64,000 bases of DNA from Raillietiella orientalis (taxonomy: Eukaryota): the NCBI GenBank assembly GCA_036172245.1, contig JAYWIR010000001.1, forward strand, positions 2,108,001-2,172,000, read 5' to 3'. The notes below the pieces were generated by a model. That model searched no databases. It saw only the letters and a program-made list of their open reading frames with translations, and was not told where the DNA came from. Of this stretch, positions 26,601 to 39,250 are shown in pieces (position 1 is the stretch's first letter; every line of letters begins with the position of its first letter). The translations under genes and the position numbers were made by a program.

Positions 26601-28379
26601 CCCTGCATGAACGCCCTGTGAAGTGGGTTTCTCTAGACCCTCCTTTTTTCAAGGTCGCGCTCCTGTTCGTCGCTCGTGACTCGTGTCCCTTCTGGCGGGC
26701 GCCCTACGAGATCGCCCAACGAGTGTGTCGTGGGTGGGCAGTTCCCAGAAAACAGGAAGGCTTTTTCAGCACGCAGTTCGGGCTCGGATGGAGTCAGGAT
26801 AGGGAGGGAAGACAAGAAATAGGTAAAGGGAAGAGAGAGAATAGAGGGGTGAAGTAGCAATGATAGCCTCTCTCTATATGAACGGCTGGAGCTGAACGCT
26901 GGCGATCTCCTTGGCAGTTCCTGCGATATCACCTGGAAGCCATCTTCCTGTAGACGGCAGCCTTCTCTCGCTGCTCCCGAGGCATCCATGCATGATGGAC
27001 TGTGGCGATGGTGCAAATGCAACGCTTTGTCTCCATGACGGCGGCTACGGAAAGTCCTCCTCTCAAGAAGCAGCCCAGGCAGTCCACGGTGATGTCCTCG
27101 GGATGTTCATGTCCTCGAGATCTCCGCTGTCCACGGAGTGATACAGGACCATTCTGTTGCATCCGCTCTTGGGACAGTATGAAGATCGCAAGCGCCCCGC
27201 AAACCAGGTACCTACTCAGGCTCGCCCTGGAATTCCTGGAGCAGATACCAGATCCCAGGGAATATCCTGTTCCCAAAGTTGAAAGAACACCGAATGCTCA
27301 CATACAGCGTAGGACCGTGACTTACAGAACCTTCCTGCACCCGACGCTCATCAGGGTGTCAAGGTGGTGATTGAGCCAGTGCTGAGTCCTTGCGGGTGAG
27401 GCCACGGGTTTTGCCCCAAAATCACCATCTAGAGACCTCTCATCTCCGCCTTTTCTGCGTTAACATCGCGTCTCCCTTTCGCAGGAAGAAAACGCAACCG
27501 ACGCAAGACCGAGACGGCTATGTGGTAGCGCTGGGTGCTTTCCTCTGGTCATGTTGACCGTTGTCTCAGCTTGCCCAGTACGCGCCGTTACCGGCTCCTG
27601 CACCAACAACACCTCCTTTTCTTTGAAAAGCGATTATATACGGAAGAAGCAACTATCTCTTCCTGATTGGGAAAGGTTCGATGGAGTTGGGTACTTCACC
27701 CTTTGCCTCCTTGGCGGTGTTTGTTGGCATTTCCTCCATCGCAACATCACCGTTCCTTTCTCCAGACAAGCATGAAACCACGAGAAAGAAAACACCAAAC
27801 TAGCCAGGTAATGTTTGTTCTAAGTGCAGCAAGAAGAAAGAGAGTCCGCAAAAACACCCACTTCTGTCACTGCTGTCATTGGTGTGCTCCGGCACGTTAC
27901 GTCCTCCGGCAACGCGCTGGAGGCGAGGGGCTTCTTTCGCCACTGCCACGCAACCCATATTAAAGGGCTGGATTGGTCTACCCCCTGAGGCATCTGTCCT
28001 CACTACTTGGAGCTCATCTGTGCATCTCCTGCCGCACCGAAAACTGAAACTATTGGAGGCAGGAAGCTCTGGAGTCCTGGGTTGCCACATCGCAAGTGAG
28101 CCCAGAAGAACTGCGACTGCTGCGAGATCTCCAACGCAAACCACTGGGAGATTTCCTGCAGGAGTGGATGCAGTGGTCCTGGAAAGCCGTCACACTTCTT
28201 GTTGCAGCACTGTGTGTTCTCAGGGCAAACCGTGACAACAGCCAACCGGAGAGGTGTGAGTTCGTCTGCAGCATTGGATGAGTCAAAAAACTTCTGAATA
28301 GCTGCAAGACGAGCGAGCTGGTGAATGCAGCCAGTCCTCGTTGCCTGGACAAAAGACTCTTTCGGTGGAGTAAAAGGCT

Positions 28380-31050
28380 TTGTTTATTACCCTCCATGCC
28401 GGAACGTTTATTATAAAAAATAAACATACATGTGTAGGGCCATCGGACCTACATTGGCCGAAAATGCTCGGAACCTGCCGAGTAACCGGCATGCAGACCA
28501 GCGAGGTTCGCCTCGGTAGCGGACGGGGAGAAGGCAAACAAAAGATAAAAAATAAAAAAATAGTATATACAAAAATTGGGAAGGTTAGAGAAAGGATCAC
28601 CGAGTTTCCAGGATGTAGGCAAGTTCCTTCTAAGTTCTGTCAGGTGGGTCCATCTTGCTGCCGTCCTCATGAAGCACAGGGCGGAGCAGACGACGTCCTT
28701 ATCTCGCCATCCCCCTCTCGCGTAGCTCCAGGACGTCACAATTCTTCGTAGAAAGCAGTAAAGAGCTGCTGGGGATGTGTCGCGCACGAAGAGGCGCTTC
28801 GTCACGTCCCTGGGATTGTCCGTCAATTCACCAAGGGACTGGATCTGCGTGACGTTCTCGCTCGTTGCGTGACGCAACCGCAGGGGCCGGAGGGCAACAC
28901 AGTCTACAGGCAGGTGTGAGAGGGATTCCCGTTCCCCGCATCTGCAACTGTTGGGGTCCACATACCCCCAGGTTTCAGTGAGACAGATGGGAGTTGTACG
29001 GGATACCTGAGTGGTTGCACTGCAGCAGAAGTGCTGACTCCTGTCACTTCAATGGGAGGACCCAATTGTTCTTCATCGCTGGGGGCCACTCGAGATCTTT
29101 TTGTAGGCTTCCCAGCGTAATAGTCCTTTCTGTGGGGCACTTGGGGTTGCAGTGTCCGTGAGCTGGCCGGTGATCCAATCACCTAACTCCTTCGCTCTTC
29201 CTCTGATCTCACATTGGACCTCCCGTTTGGCCGGCTGGTTACTACCCAAGTGCTCCCTGAAGGAGGGTGATGCCGCGGCTAGGAAGGTTCTGTGCTCCCA
29301 CGCATACGTGATGGGCTGCACGACGAGGTTCTGCAGGGAGCGGTTGTTGTAGAAGGAGTGCAGTAGTCGCTGCCGCATCTCCTTGCTCGCTTCGTTGTTC
29401 TTGGCCCATGTGAGAACGGTTTCCTGTAACCAGGCCCTACCGTTTCCGGGTCGGCAAAAGATCCAGTTGTTGGTCCTGGTCAGCGGGGCCACTCGCTGGT
29501 GCTGGACCCGTTGCGTCTGCTCCGCCGTGTCAGGAACGAAGACAGTCCCGCGTAGCCGTTGGCTCGCAGGACCAGGTAACGTGCGGCCTCGCACCAGTTC
29601 GTGCTTTAAAGCGTCCTCCACTGGAGCTACCGCTCTAAACCCCCAGCTTCAGAAAGCCGAGGCCTCCGTCGAGACGCGGAGTGCACAAGTCCTTCAGGCT
29701 GGACTCGGTGCTTCCCTGTGCCCCACAGGGCGATTCTCAGGAGGTCCTTCGTTCGCTTTTTAATGCTACTCGGTAGAGGGCAAACAAAAAGCAGGAGTCA
29801 GAAGGAGGGGTCTGCACACGTGTTTCACATTGCAGTCCGTTCCAGCAAGAAAAACTTGCCATTCTGAAACAGGCCGATCGCCAACTCTGTCTTCTGGAAG
29901 CAGCTGGACCACGCCTCCGCCAGAGAATAGTCCCTCAACGGTACAGCTAGGTACTTAAAGTGCCGGACCATGGAAATCCCCAAATGGATCCAGTCCAGAT
30001 GCCCTGTCCACACCGAATTGACTGCCACCACAGACGATTTCGCCTTGTTCACCTCCAGTCCTGTCCCGAGGCTTAACAGCTCGAAGGAATCTTCGATTGT
30101 CGATGCCGGAGTGGACATGGGAGGCAGCAGCAGAAGATCGTCCGCATATGCTGACACCTCTGGTGTGCCTGGACACGAGAGTGGCAGGCGACCTAGTCTC
30201 CCCGTATGACCTGTGCAAAAGAGAGGACCCCCTCTCAGGGGTGGACTTTTCGTCTCGTACCATGTAGCTGGTGGATTGATGATGCCTCTCCAGTGTGCAA
30301 AGAAGCTTGCCGCTCCCTTAGTTGAGCGTCCTTTTGAGAAACTTCGGAAGCGTACCTCAGGGGTCCACTTCTGAGAAGGTGTAAACAGGAGCTATTCCCT
30401 TGTGGGTTCCCTTCATAGAAGAAAAAATGGAGCGGACTTCTCCAGAAGTCCCTCCGTAGAGAATAAGGAAGAGGAGTGTCTTCCTTCGGAGACAACTAGG
30501 GTGGAGGTTTCCCTTTGGGGATCCCTCCCCAGGCGTGAGAGGAACGGGACTCCCTTCTCCAGAGCCTTTTGTGTATTCACAAGGTGGTCCCCTCCCTGGG
30601 TACAATCTGCGATCTTGAAGAATTATATGCACCATCGGGTGACATCCAACAGTGTCGAAGAGCTGCGTGGGTCGTCAGGTGTGCGATGGCCCACGCACTG
30701 AGGTACTTGTTCTTGAGGTACTTGGAGAAAAAAAAAAAAAAACTGAAAAGAAAACATCGAAGACAGAAAAGAAGGGTTTTCATCATCAATTTCGTAATTT
30801 GTTCACAATAAGTTCGCCTCATCCAAAACATCACCAGTTTGGGGATCGGCCATCATGCCCTTCCATTGTCTCGGTGGTGCCAGACGACACACACCGGGAT
30901 CCTTTTCCCAGAAAGTACTCTTTAGCGTCTCAGACAGACAAACGCAGGACCGGGTTTTGCTCGCGCACAGCAGCGCCAGGGTATTTTTAGGTCGGTAACT
31001 CTGGAGATCACTTATTGATACCCTGAAGTTGTTGGAAGACAAGGGTCAGT
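28380..31050 (-). mobile_element. Long, internally deleted L1/Tx1-like element (APE start, RT motifs 5-7, CCHC finger, 3' UTR)
   Basis: CVCLSET (~30940); SAYADDLLL, GLEVNKAKS and FKYLAVPL (ORF 29825..30157); CRCGERESLSHLPVDC, FMRTAARWTHL; family 3' UTR. Segment 30250-30780 is homologous to ~51390-52000. Confidence 0.88.
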
Positions 31051-31279
31051 TTAAAGGTGGCCGGAAGGCATCACTTGGACGAGTGGCAGAGGCATTCGGC
31101 GACTCGGCCGCGGCTTCGTGCTGCGTCAGCGCGGAGTCCAGGCGTTCGCTCTTGCAAAAGTTGGCTTGCAAGAACGAACGCCGGTCCGCAAGGGAATGGG
31201 AGCTCCGTTCGTCACCCAGCTGCACCGGGGAGTTTATTCCAAAAAACTGAACAAACCACCTGGGAACTGAGTTTCCAGA

Positions 31280-32015
31280 TTAAAGAACAAGAAGTTCAAG
31301 GAAAGAACTCCCCGACACGCAGGTCGGGCACCACGAAAGTCCAGAACAAGGTAAAGGGGACCACAAATAGATATACAAAATACAAAAAAAATATGGGAAA
31401 TGAGCCGACAAAGGCCTTTGGCTTCGACCGTTCCATCGTTTCAGAAGCTTCTCTAAATGCCAGCGATCTCCTTTCTTGCTTATTTGTTGAGATGAGATCA
31501 CTAGCTGACGTCCTCATGTTGACGGCTGCAATTCTGGTGACCACTCGTGACTCCAACAGGAGACGGGCCGTGACAATGGCGTGGATGCAACAGATCGTTG
31601 CGAGGACCGCACCTAACGAGAGGACGCCAATCTTGAAGAAGCAGCGCATGACATCCCTTGCGGTGTCCCCATGGTGCAGGAGCGTTGAAAGCAACCTCTG
31701 CCACAATCCTTGGGAGGGCACCGCAGCCGAAGGGCAGGTGCAGAAGCGATTCCACTGCTCCGCACCTTCGACAGTTCTGGAAGGCAACCTTCCTGGAAAG
31801 CAGGTGAGCGCGCTGATTGCAATGGAAATCCCAATGCACCAGCAGAAGCGCGTCCTGTTTCCACCGTAGAGGGAACACAGACGTGTCCACGCACGGAGGC
31901 ACCACAAGTTCTTCGGTGGGCACACTCAGGAGTTCGCTCCACCGAAGGAGTCCCTTGGGAACATTGCGAGGCGTGGCGGCGTCTGCCAGCTCGCTAGTCC
32001 TCCAGCCACCCATGG
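31280..32015 (-). mobile_element. GC-rich L1/Tx1-like 3' coding fragment
   Basis: PKGLLRWSELLSVP, LLLVHWDFHCNQR, CRRCGAVESLLHLPFGC; same subfamily as 54289-54705. Confidence 0.8.
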
Positions 32016-32089
32016 GTCGGGAGTACAAATCAATATGCATGTAAAATTCTACTCGAGGACACGATTAGTTCGCGGAATCGTATCGGCAT

Positions 32090-32485
32090 GGTACACGTCA
32101 AGAAGAAGAGGCCGGAATGGCAGGGATGCCACCCACTGGACACGCACCTTTGTGTGGAACATCTCCAGGTGGCCCACCTGGGCGCAAGCAGAACGCAGCT
32201 TGCTAGGATCCTAAACAGGATCTAGAGGACCGATCCGCGCGCACTGTGATCCCTTCTCCGTCCTCCCCACCCCTAACATTTCTGCCCTCCCCACGTTTGA
32301 TCTTTTTGTTTCTTTTTGTTTCCTTATCCCTACCCCCGCGCGTCGGGTGGACCTCGCCGGTCTTGCACCGGCAACCAGCAAACTGTCATGATGTGGTGGG
32401 CCTTTGCGTTCACCACAAGAAAATGTCATTGGGCTTTTTATTTGTTACAAATAAATGACCCGGCATATCCGGGTGTGAACACGAT
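32090..32485 (+). mobile_element. GC-rich L1/Tx1-like extreme 3' end
   Basis: SRWPTW..LLGS/ILNRI C-terminus, pyrimidine tract, gccggt-cttgc-accggc hairpin, aataaa..cccgg-cata(t)-ccggg terminal motif. Confidence 0.7.
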
Positions 32486-34151
32486 TAGTATGATCCTACG
32501 TATGCGTCCATTATGTTCAGAAACACTACTTGAGCATCTGAATTCGTATCAGAAGTAGCGATTTCGGATTCCTATTCGTTTCTATTTGTAGAAATGAATG
32601 CTGTCGATAGAACTGAGAAGAAGAACGAATTTGTGTATTCAGCGTACGTTGAGTATTCCGAATGTAGCCATGTGTTTCCACTCTAAGAACTGATGTGCGA
32701 TGGATACGCGTTATCAGAACATGTGGAAAACGAGTCCGAAAATCGCGCAAAGTCATGGTAACCGTGAAACGTAGCTAAGCAGCAACGCAGCAGCGTTTTC
32801 GTTCCTTCGCGTTCCTACTTTTTCGACAGTCCCACTTCGCAACATTCGCCCGCGCGCACGAGACGCAATGTGTTCGTGTGCATTATTTCTACGATCCATC
32901 CCGAAAGGACGCCATCCCACATGTGCAGTCGTGTTTCCTGTTTTCCTCGTGCAAGTGTTGCTTTCTGCTTTCCCGCCAGTTTTCCGGGCAGTTCCAGTTT
33001 TTGTATCTCTCATTTACGACAGGACCTTCGTGCATTCGTTGAATAGAACTTCGAGACATCTATTCATGTAGGAAACCTTCATGCATATTGCCGAAGTATT
33101 CCGAAGGTGTTTCTTCCCTAAATAAGAGAGAATGCTGACACGGAGATGGACAAACTTGTGTTTCACAGAGAGAACACGGTAGAGGCAGCGCTGTGAACTC
33201 GAGGTGGGCGTTCCGTGGCACGGAAGGAACAACAAATGAATTTTGCTTAGCAACGCTGGAAAGCAGAAGCAGACCAGTGTTGAGAAGAAAAATTCCAAAG
33301 CGACTGTTTCACGAAAGAGTCCGTTGTGCACGGTGGCAGCTGGTCAAGCTATTCATCCATCTTTGCAAACAGATGGTTGCATTCGTCCGTCAGTCCACCC
33401 TACTTTGAAATTCCGAGATGCGTTTTTCATGATGGATTCTGTATGGGCAAGATTAAGAAAGAATCAAGGAAAAAGCCCCAGTCCTACTTGGAAAGCTACC
33501 TTGGAGAATTCCCACTCAAGATGAAAACAACAGATATTCCTAAGGAACCACATCTCCGAGATGTCTCTCATCTAGTTTGCAAGATTTGACGCCAATTTTT
33601 CTTTCCGAAAATTCTACGCCAGAACCGTTTTCTCCAATGCATCAGAAGGACACACCTTCTCTAGAAAAACGAAGGCCTCCCCTCAGGGAATACCCATTTG
33701 GGATCGAGTGGGTTTCAGGAATACTCCCACTCGGTAGGAAGCACGATTTATTTTGCGCCTGGAATTGCTCTCAGCAATCGCCATTCTCTGAAAAATGGAC
33801 TCACTTTGCATGAACACGCTGTGTACACATCGATTCGATCGATTGTAAAGTTCATGTCGTCGCCAAGTGGACAATCCAAGCTTCGTCAACCCGTTCCAAG
33901 GCTTTTCTTAGCCAAACATTGCTCGAGCCATACAAAATGACTTCGTTCTCAGTGTTTGAAGCAGCGCCCTCTACGACGGCCAAAAAGATGGGTGTGTGCA
34001 AAAACGCTGATTTTGTTCTTGTTTGGCTCCGGAGTCTGAACATTGCTATCGTCATCCGAGGTCCACGCACACTCCAAGAAATGCAACGGTTCCATCTGCT
34101 TTTCCCAGCCTAACCATTCAGGGATAGCAAATGCGGAACACCCCACTTTAT

Positions 34152-35072
34152 TCAGTTTCTTGATTCCAACGTACTGAACGCACGCCGCCGCTCATGGAGC
34201 AGCAGCTGGGGAGACGCAGCAAAGCAGCGACCGGAAAAACCGGAGCACCCTGGCCAGCGCGCCGGATTTGCGAGCTGGCAGGGTGTCTCCCGGGCGGTTG
34301 CTGCGTGCCGAACAGCAGCCGAAGAGCACCGTCTGCGTTCTCTGCGAGGGACTGCGAGTACGCCGGACGAGCTGGTGCTGGTGCCGCTGGCGGCATCCAG
34401 GGACGTATAGGGCGCAGCGGAGCGAACTGCAGCAAGACAGCCTACGCCCGGGCTGCCGCTGCCGTCGTCCGTGCCGCCACTGTCGCCTGCCGCCGTCGCA
34501 AAGCTGCTGTCTCCGTTGCTAACGCTGCATTCGCATCCTTGTCCAGCTCCATCGTGGGAAGCAGGCGCCTCCTGGACCGGTGCCGCTACCGCTGCTGCTA
34601 TCTGCCGCGCGGGACCGTCGTCCTCAAGGCCGCATGGCACGTCCCAGTTCGCTTCAGCCATGCCGGACGTGAAATACGTCCAGTCGGCGGTAAAATCTTC
34701 TCCCAGTGCGTCGCATTGGCCACCGTAAGAATCCAGCAACGGGTCCTCGATGACGGGCCGCTCTTCCAGACTGTTCCACGCATCCTCGCGTGGCGCGGGC
34801 TCCCATGCGCTGATGGCGCTGGTGTTTCCTCCGTCGCTCTCCCGCGGTGGTCCACGAAGCGTTCCCACGTAGTCGTCGGTAGCTGTCGAGGCGGACGAAG
34901 ACGCCGAGGAGGTTTGCGACACGTCCCGCTGGAGCGCCTGCGCCTGTACTCTGTCTCTGGAACAGAGAAATTCCCCGAATGTGATCCGCTCCTCCGCCTT
35001 GGCAGTGGAACAGGGTGCAGCCGAGCACTTGCTTGCGCCTTCCACAACGAAAGCATTCTCAAAACCGCTCAT
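34152..35072 (-). CDS. Unassigned 306-aa Ser/Ala/acidic-rich ORF, possibly the last exon of a gene extending to ~36 kb
   Basis: Long open frame with an ATG and low-complexity composition; no domain recognised. GC-rich, so it may be open by chance. Confidence 0.3.
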   Translation of the reverse strand: MSGFENAFVVEGASKCSAAPCSTAKAEERITFGEFLCSRDRVQAQALQRDVSQTSSASSSASTATDDYVGTLRGPPRESDGGNTSAISAWEPAPREDAWNSLEERPVIEDPLLDSYGGQCDALGEDFTADWTYFTSGMAEANWDVPCGLEDDGPARQIAAAVAAPVQEAPASHDGAGQGCECSVSNGDSSFATAAGDSGGTDDGSGSPGVGCLAAVRSAAPYTSLDAASGTSTSSSGVLAVPRRERRRCSSAAVRHAATARETPCQLANPARWPGCSGFSGRCFAASPQLLLHERRRAFSTLESRN

Positions 35073-37449
35073 CTTCGCACGAAGCAGAATTTTCTGCTGG
35101 CACTCAATGCACGGACACGTTTGCTAAATAAAGAACGATATCCATGGAAACCTGAATCCACCTTCCGTTAAAGAAAGAACGTGTTCCCAGAAACGCTGGC
35201 AAAAGTTCGTTAAGGGCATCGTAAACCTGCTTGTCTGAAGCTCGCTCACGTAAATGATGCCCTTCTTGTATCCGTTCGTTGGCTCCGTTGATTGCTTCGA
35301 ATCTTTTTTCCCTTTTCGGGCTCCTACTCTCGTGGAAAAGGGTACTACCTTCCAGTTGAAACGGGACGCTGTGGAACAAGGACCCAGGAGCCGCAGCTTG
35401 CCATTCTGGTTGGAACGAACCATCCTCGTCGATCCTTTGACTCCGCTCTACGTGGGATTGGTTGGGTACGCATCTCGCGGCAAGCATGGATGGCGCGCAC
35501 GCCACGGGAAGCAGCGGGAGCGCTTTTCCTTTCTTGCCAACTCTTTCTTTCTCTTGGGGTCCAGAATTCCAGAAATCTCGTGCGATCTCAGAATCGAATT
35601 TCGTTCCGCACTGGAGTTCGGTTGCTGCATCGAACATCTTTCATTGTGTGTGCCGTCTCGACTCGCGACACGCAACCCGCACTCAATCCCGGAATTTGGA
35701 ATCAGCTTTTCATACAGCATGGTGTGGATTCCGAGGCTCACTCCTCAGGTCGGGTTCCTATGGATGAAGTTTTCCCCATTCGGAAGCGCGCGTTTCCTTT
35801 TAGCACAGAAGATGTGATTTGCCCATCTTGGATTTTCCCGACCTTCGGTTACGCTCGACCAACGAATTCGAGCTGCGCCGCTCCCGTTAAGCCTGGTTGC
35901 GTTCCTTTCGAACCGGAAGCTCTCCCGAATGCGGATCACGAAATCATAGGCAGGGAGGAAATGGACTGCGTTGGTTGCAGTGGATTTCTTCCGATTATAC
36001 GGGGATGTTGTCCACCTGCATCCACCACGCCTTGCCTAGTCTCACGAGACCTGTAAAGCTGGAGCTGAAGTCAGTAAGTTGCGAAGTGTTCGAAATCCTG
36101 TTAGAGAGGAAATGTGTAAAAGAGGTTCCAGAAGTGCAACACAGTCTGCAATAAAACCTACATAGTGTCTACATAGAACTGAATTTATCAATAAATGTGC
36201 TGCTTCTGCCTCTCCAACATGTCTTGTGTTCAACTGTTACTCGGAACAATGCTCTTAGTACACCGCGTATACTTCTACACCACGGTCAAGTACAAATTGC
36301 TTTCACACTTGTGGACTTTCAAACCATTTGTAATGTGATTGGAAAGTTACACGACGAGGTCCAAATTTAGGAACGCCTCCATCGATAGCACCCGCATCGA
36401 AAATCTCTTGTCGTGTTACGTAAATTCCTATTCCCGTTTATTGAGACCAGGATGCAACCTGCTCGGTACGTGCAAGCATTTTCAAGGCGAGTTCTCCTTT
36501 TCTGATCCTGGATTTTTTGCCTTGCTATGTTTTTCCTTTTTGCTTTTTCGCCTGCTTTGTTAGTGATAGTTGGGATCCTCCTGGAGCCAGAGGCATTCTT
36601 CTCTGCCCTTCCAATTTCTCATGACAAACTTCCAGCTGAAGCTATCCCCGAATATATGGCAACTCGATTCCATCTTCCCTTTCGTGTACTTCAGCCAATC
36701 GGAAACGGAGGTATTGCGTGCGAGGAGTTGCAGTGATTCGAGTTGGCAGGAAGCGAGTGTTGTTGGCATGAATGTAGGGGCCGATTTTAACCTACGCCAA
36801 AACCTCAGTATACCTCAGTAGATGTGAAAACACGTATGCTTGCCTGGAGGGATCACTACGATTTCTCCAGCTTCTCGATCTGAAAGAAGGAAGGCCAACT
36901 TTGAGAACATTCCCACGATGGGAACATTCACCTCCGTTGCGAGTGTGGCCGCTCAGAATCCAGTGAAGTGGCAGACGAACGAACAGCTGAAGACAATCAA
37001 GGCTTCCCGGACAAGCGTGCTTACCCACCTGGAGGCACAGGCTTGCCAGCAATACCAACCACGCTGGAAAGCCACGTGATCTCTGCATGCGTTTCGTCAC
37101 GAAGTGGAGCGGATGGCCTACGCGACGGAAAATGGAACCCCCCCAAAAAGGGAAACAAAGGAAGGTCTTCCAAGCAAGATACCAGGAGTGGTATATGGAA
37201 CATGCATCCGGTCTGATGCAGAAATGGACTGATCAAGACAGCTCTTGTTTCCTTGCCGACAACTGAAAACCACTTCAAACTACTTTTGCTGGAGTTCGGC
37301 ATGCTTTCCAAATGGAACAGCCACCTCTATCTGAAGTAATGCTCTTCGTTGACGAGCGGAGGGAAAGGGGTAGGGGGCATTGCAGACCGAGAGGGTGATG
37401 CAGAAGCGGCAGGGTCAAGGGGACGTGTTAGAGGCAGAGTGCGTCGTCG

Positions 37450-37800
37450 GATAAAGGAGCAGGAGGAGGTCCTGAACTTCGAGGAGGAGGACGAGTAGCA
37501 GCGGGAGGGGCGAGGTGCGCGTTCACCAGGATCTTCTGGTGGAGGAGCAGGAGGTGGTCCTGCGCTTCGAGCAGGAAAACGAAGCGGACGAGCAGCAGCA
37601 GGAGGGGCAAGGTCACGCGGTAGTGCAGGCGTTGTCCGTCTATCAGGACGATCAGCTGGAAGAGTAGGAGGTGGTGCCGAAATTGGAACAGGGAGAGCAG
37701 CAGCAGCAGCGGGAGGGGAGACGGAAACCGCGGGGGAGGGTGGGAGGGGACAAGGTGGTGCGCTTCCAGCTGGAGGACGTGCAGAAGCAAAAGCGGGACG
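37450..37800 (+). repeat. Degenerate purine-rich coding-like repeat (3-4 units, EQEVVLRFEQE..EQQQEG)
   Basis: Units near 37457, 37545, 37661 and 37750 (gagcaggaggtggtcctgcgcttcgag...); in-frame TAGs present. Confidence 0.6.
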
Positions 37801-38482
37801 CGCACGAGGCGGCGGCTCCGCCTCGGCGCTCCTTCCTGGAGCGCACAAGCAACTTCCAGGAGGCTTTGGCGCACTTAGGGACTGTTCGGACAATGCACTC
37901 CTCCTGCAGGTGACCAGCAAAGGCGGCGCTCTTCTGGCTCAGGGCGTTTGGGCTGCTCTTTGTAGCTGGCTTGCATTGCATGGTAATAAAAAACTCAATG
38001 TAGAATGAAGAGCTAATAGAATGTTGACGAAAATGTGTTCCGTGAATGAAAATTTCATTTTTTTCTTATCAAAAAGTTCCAGTCGATGATGATTTGGTAA
38101 TGAAATTGTGAATTTGTTCGAGGAGCGGGGTGAAATTTCGGTTTTCAACAGAGACTGGAGCACACATAGAGGCGCTTGGGAATTCTTACCTGCCGACGCC
38201 GGGGCGTTTAGTCTAGGCGTCTATCTAAACCAAGATTTACAAACAAACTGTCAGCAAATTGATAAGTCTTTCCACGAAGACGCTTCAGTTATTGAGTGGA
38301 AAAACACCTAGTGTCTTCCACTTCGAGGAGAGGAAGTGTATTGCTTATGTTTGGAGTGACATAATAGGTTACGGGGGAGGAGGAGGGGGCTCCAGACATT
38401 CTTCCGCGGTTCCTCCTCTGTGTGTCTGGGACGCTCGCCGTTCCTCACGTGGTAGATTCTTCCGCTTTCTGGCCTCCGTATG

Positions 38483-39250
38483 CTAAGAGCAGACTGTTGG
38501 GTTCTCCTTCTGGCTGTCGTCTTCCCGTGTGACGTGAGCTGCATAATTATCGCTGGGGTACCGGGTTCACGAAGCCACCATCTGTTGCTTCATTTCCACC
38601 AAATTCTTCCTTGGAATTCCGACATCTTGCAGCACTTCCTCATTTCCTAGATCCCAGGCTCCCAGAGAGCCAACGAGAAATGTGTGAACCTTGCATTGCT
38701 TTCTCTCCCTGCCCAGCTGCAGAGCTGCCTCCTTGTATGTTTCTTCTTTGCTTCTTCAGGCCATGCTGAACACCTCTTTTCCACTTTCGTATGAGCAGCA
38801 TAAGTCCAGGGCTAATTTCTGGTTCCCTTTTTCCATTCCCAATTCAGATTTTAGGAGGGAATTTCTTCTTGGAGCTCGGTAGGTTCTGGACACGAGGGTC
38901 CATTTCGCTTCATCCACTGTCTTTCTTCTGATCATCTCTAGGATTGCGTCGCTAGCGTCCCATGGACAGAGAAACGTGACTCTTGGATCTGTTTATCATG
39001 TGAGACAACGTTTTCTCTCCCGTCCGGCAGCGCCAACATGCGCGTTTCTCTGGTTTCATCCTGGATCCGACCCTCACTGGTAAGACGTCTAGTCTGGCTG
39101 CGTGGATGAAGCTGCGATCGGCAAACCACAGATACTATCCTTTCGCGAGGAAGAAGCTTGAGACGTGGTCCATGAACACACACTGCATGGTCCTCCCATG
39201 ACTGAGGTGCTTCTCAAAGAGGGACTGCTACGCGTGTTCTCACTCCGAAG
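38483..39250 (-). mobile_element. NeSL/Utopia-type (R2 group, RLE endonuclease) non-LTR element, decayed 3' portion
   Basis: FADRSFIHAARLDVLP, CWRCRTGEKTLSHMIN, LKSELGMEKG..LALDLCCSYESG..F..A..KEETY (degenerate PD..D/KxxKY), FLVGSLGAWDLGNE, and HVT/TGRRQ terminus. Confidence 0.85.

Noticed and set aside
35100-35940. IRF- or GCM-like DNA-binding domain upstream of the 306-aa ORF
   Set aside because: Only scattered Trp/Cys residues; the diagnostic motifs do not align.
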